Origin: Candidatus Heimdallarchaeota archaeon
Lineage (GTDB): Archaea > Asgardarchaeota > Heimdallarchaeia > Heimdallarchaeales > Heimdallarchaeaceae
Assembly (NCBI GenBank): GCA_016840095.1
Contig: JAEOSZ010000031.1
Location: 160,938-224,937 of the forward strand
DNA length: 64,000 nt
Direction of reading: 5' to 3'
Made by a program: the position numbers and the translations under genes. The notes under the pieces were generated by a model, which saw only the letters and a program-made list of their open reading frames with translations, searched no databases and had not been told where the DNA came from. Of this stretch, positions 61,633 to 64,000 are shown in pieces (within the stretch, counting starts at the first letter, position 1; each line of letters begins with the position of its first letter).

Positions 61633-62943
61633 ATGATGACAGTAGTGTGGAGAGTAGAATGTATAGAGCTACCATCGACACCAGTTTTAGGTAGACTGTG
61701 TCATCGAGTGAAGAATCTCTATAATCGAACAAATTATCTCATTAAACAGGCTCTCACTAAAAACAACAAATTTCTAAACTATTACGAACTCAATAGACTA
61801 CTCAAGTCTGAAGATTGTTACACCCTTCTCCCAGCACATACAGCGCAACATACGCTCAAACTGTTGGTGAGAAATTGGAAGGCTTTCTTTCAAGCTTTAA
61901 AAGAATGGAAAGCTCATCCTGAGAAGTTTCTAGGACAACCCAAAGCTCCACGATATAAACCTAAGGATGGAGAAGGAGTTGCAATTGTAACCAACCAACA
62001 AACTAGATTGAGGAATGGGTGGCTGATTCTACCTAAAAAAGTAGGATTTTACTATAAAACTCGTTTAACAGCTAGATGTAAATTAAAGGAAGTGAGAGTA
62101 GTTCCCAGAAAAGTGGGATATACATTGGAAATAGTATATGAGAAAAACCTTTCAAAACAGATACAAAAAAGAACTAGAAAAGGAGCGATCGATTTAGGGA
62201 CTAAGAACATAGTGGCCTTCGTGGATAACCTCGGAAACCAGCCGATTGTTGTCAAGGATCACGGAAAAGGGATCAAAAGTATTATCCAATTTTATCAAAA
62301 GAAGCAGAAAGAATTACGAGCACGATATGTGCAACAGCAGCAGAAACGATTGAAAAACCAGCAAAAACTAGTTTATGGATCAGCGTATTACCTATTACGA
62401 GAGAAGTATAGGAAGAAACTCAAGAATGCTCTTCATCAGTTGACAACTTATTTGGTCGAGGTATTTGTTGAACGAGAGCTTCATGAGGTGATTATAGGAT
62501 ATAATCCTAAATGGAAACAGCAGGTTAATCTGGGAAAGAAAACCACCCAGCTGTTTGTCAACATCCCTTTCCTGAAGATTATTAACTTGTTGAAGTATAA
62601 AGCAGAAGAACGAGGAATACTTGTTGATACTGTGCTCGAGGATTACACTTCCAAATGCAGTTTCCTAGACAATGAATTTCCTCAAAAACGAGCTACATAC
62701 TCAGGAAAACGTCATCCTCGTGGAATAATTACTTCTGCTAAGGGGTACAAGATCAACGCTGATATTAATGCTGCGTACAATATTTTACTCAAAAGCGATC
62801 CTAATGCACTTCCTCCTCGAAGTGCTGATGGGGTAGGAGGGTACGTGATGTATCCCCGTAGGGTGTGTGTGGACCCACCAGGAATGATACCCACATCGAC
62901 TATGAAATTAGCTCAACAATGTAAAGTTTATATGACTGCATGA
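61633..62943 (+). CDS. tnpB: RNA-guided endonuclease TnpB (IS200/IS605/IS607 OrfB family)
   Basis: KNLYN..NY, Q.TLK...NWKAFF, GAIDLG (RuvC-I), VIIGYN..WKQ, EDYTSKCS, INADINAAYNI (RuvC-III). Confidence 0.93.
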   Translation: MMTVVWRVECIELPSTPVLGRLCHRVKNLYNRTNYLIKQALTKNNKFLNYYELNRLLKSEDCYTLLPAHTAQHTLKLLVRNWKAFFQALKEWKAHPEKFLGQPKAPRYKPKDGEGVAIVTNQQTRLRNGWLILPKKVGFYYKTRLTARCKLKEVRVVPRKVGYTLEIVYEKNLSKQIQKRTRKGAIDLGTKNIVAFVDNLGNQPIVVKDHGKGIKSIIQFYQKKQKELRARYVQQQQKRLKNQQKLVYGSAYYLLREKYRKKLKNALHQLTTYLVEVFVERELHEVIIGYNPKWKQQVNLGKKTTQLFVNIPFLKIINLLKYKAEERGILVDTVLEDYTSKCSFLDNEFPQKRATYSGKRHPRGIITSAKGYKINADINAAYNILLKSDPNALPPRSADGVGGYVMYPRRVCVDPPGMIPTSTMKLAQQCKVYMTA

Positions 62944-62945
62944 TA
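62800..62945 (+). ncRNA. Putative omega-RNA (reRNA) scaffold overlapping the tnpB 3' end
   Basis: GC-rich stretch with stem GGGTAC-GTGAT-GTATCC (62839-62855); position is typical for TnpB guide RNAs; boundaries approximate. Confidence 0.45.
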
Positions 62946-62973
62946 AAAACTCATCATAATAGCTTTTACGAAG

Positions 62974-63333
62974 ATGTATTCGAATATGACTATTGAAAGG
63001 AAAAGATACAGAATTGGAGGAATAACATGGTTTGTTCTTGCAATTGTTCTTGTAGCTGTTTACTATTGGTTCTATAGAGATTTAGTCATATTTCTTACAG
63101 TTGCAGGAATAGCAACTGTTCTTTTTGTATTTTTGTGGTACTTATCCAGAAGGGGAATTGCATCTAAAAAAGAAATTATGCACAAAGATTTAACAGAACA
63201 TCAACGTGCAGTAACGAAAGGGTACAAAGAACAGAATAATCCCTACAATGTCAGATTCTGTGAAGACTGCAAATATAAAATCGAAAAAGATTCAAGTTTT
63301 TGTTCAAATTGTGGGAAAGTTGTTGAGGATTAG
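62974..63333 (+). CDS. Two-TM membrane protein with C-terminal double zinc ribbon
   Basis: Two TM helices; FCEDC...FCSNCG. Confidence 0.8.
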   Translation: MYSNMTIERKRYRIGGITWFVLAIVLVAVYYWFYRDLVIFLTVAGIATVLFVFLWYLSRRGIASKKEIMHKDLTEHQRAVTKGYKEQNNPYNVRFCEDCKYKIEKDSSFCSNCGKVVED

Positions 63334-63872
63334 GTTTCTGCTTTCTTTGCAAATCGAGGATTGAAAGTCCAGATATCATTCAAAATGAAGTTTGTTAATA
63401 CTGAAACTATAAATCCTATAGCAGTTGCTACAAAAACATTCCAACCAATTACCACAAAGAACAGATGGAACAATCCATAATTCACAAGTGCTCCTGAAGC
63501 TCCAACGATTGCAAATTTAATGAATTGAGTTGGAACTTTGAAATCAGCTTGTTTCTCAACTTTTCGAAATGTCCAGATTTTGTTTATCGCATAGTTATAA
63601 ATCATAACAATTGCAATTGCAATGAGTAAAGCAAAGTGTCCAGTGTAAATATCGAAAACCCAGATTCTAAAAAGTATCAGATCTCTAGCATAATATATAT
63701 CAAAAACTAAGAGAGAAAGAAAAACAAATAACTCTGTTAAACCAAACCCACCACCACTAACTATTGCGAATTTCAATAATCTTAGGTTTCTTTCTCTATC
63801 AAAGACTGAAGTTTTCTCTTCTGTGGATATCTCAGAATCTTCATTAGTTACCTCTTCTTTTGTCATTTTCAA
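63330..63872 (-). CDS. GtrA-family membrane protein with duplicated motif
   Basis: KFAIV.. twice; NY.INKIWTF and NF.LNDIWTF. Confidence 0.88.
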   Translation of the reverse strand: MKMTKEEVTNEDSEISTEEKTSVFDRERNLRLLKFAIVSGGGFGLTELFVFLSLLVFDIYYARDLILFRIWVFDIYTGHFALLIAIAIVMIYNYAINKIWTFRKVEKQADFKVPTQFIKFAIVGASGALVNYGLFHLFFVVIGWNVFVATAIGFIVSVLTNFILNDIWTFNPRFAKKAET

Positions 63873-64000
63873 CTATCAAGTAAAAGTTGAATGCATTTAT
63901 TAAGTATAGCTTGGAAACATGATTAAACGAAGTAAGGCAGATAAATGGTGAGAACAAATCTTTTTTAAATATTTCAATAAAGTTAGGTAATAGTAGATGA

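Larger units (their letters stand above)
61533..62948 (+). mobile_element. Non-autonomous TnpB-only element bounded by imperfect terminal inverted repeats
   Basis: 61533-61557 matches the reverse complement of 62924-62948 at 21/25; composition differs from the flanks; no transposase gene nearby. Confidence 0.7.

Noticed and set aside
61633-62943. Possible Cas12f / CRISPR type V effector
   Set aside because: No repeat-spacer array or cas genes in the window; the sequence and ends fit a transposon-encoded TnpB.
1-64000. tRNA, rRNA, CRISPR arrays, inteins, selenocysteine read-through
   Set aside because: No cloverleaf or GC-rich RNA-gene stretches, no periodic repeats, no intein splice motifs and no TGA-split redox genes were visible by eye; tRNAscan-SE and Infernal would be needed to exclude them formally.

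Overview
AT-rich, gene-dense archaeal DNA with about 45 CDS. I saw no rRNA, tRNA or CRISPR array. TATA boxes sit about 22 nt before leaderless starts and T-tract terminators follow many genes. The gene set suggests an Asgard archaeon, probably Heimdallarchaeia (inference): a longin-like protein, a HEAT solenoid, many C-terminally anchored surface proteins, three tungsten-type AORs, RdhA/QueG-like Fe-S proteins and a methanogen-type SerRS. The top candidate for a novel system is a ~285-aa protein (36063-36923, - strand). It reads coiled coil, Pro/Ala linker, two WH2-like repeats, then two 'C-helix + acidic' repeats, which resembles a WASP/WAVE-type actin nucleation-promoting factor. Other notable items: a solo TnpB with a relocated RuvC-II glutamate bounded by 21/25-bp terminal inverted repeats; two paralogous giant FtsX/MacB-type permeases each paired with a tandem-fused ATPase; an AOR-RdhA-RdhA-AOR cluster; a PadR regulator with a ~95-aa insertion inside its HTH plus a candidate operator; and three unannotated 3'-terminal gene relics in intergenic gaps. 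All calls come from reading motifs by eye; no searches were run.
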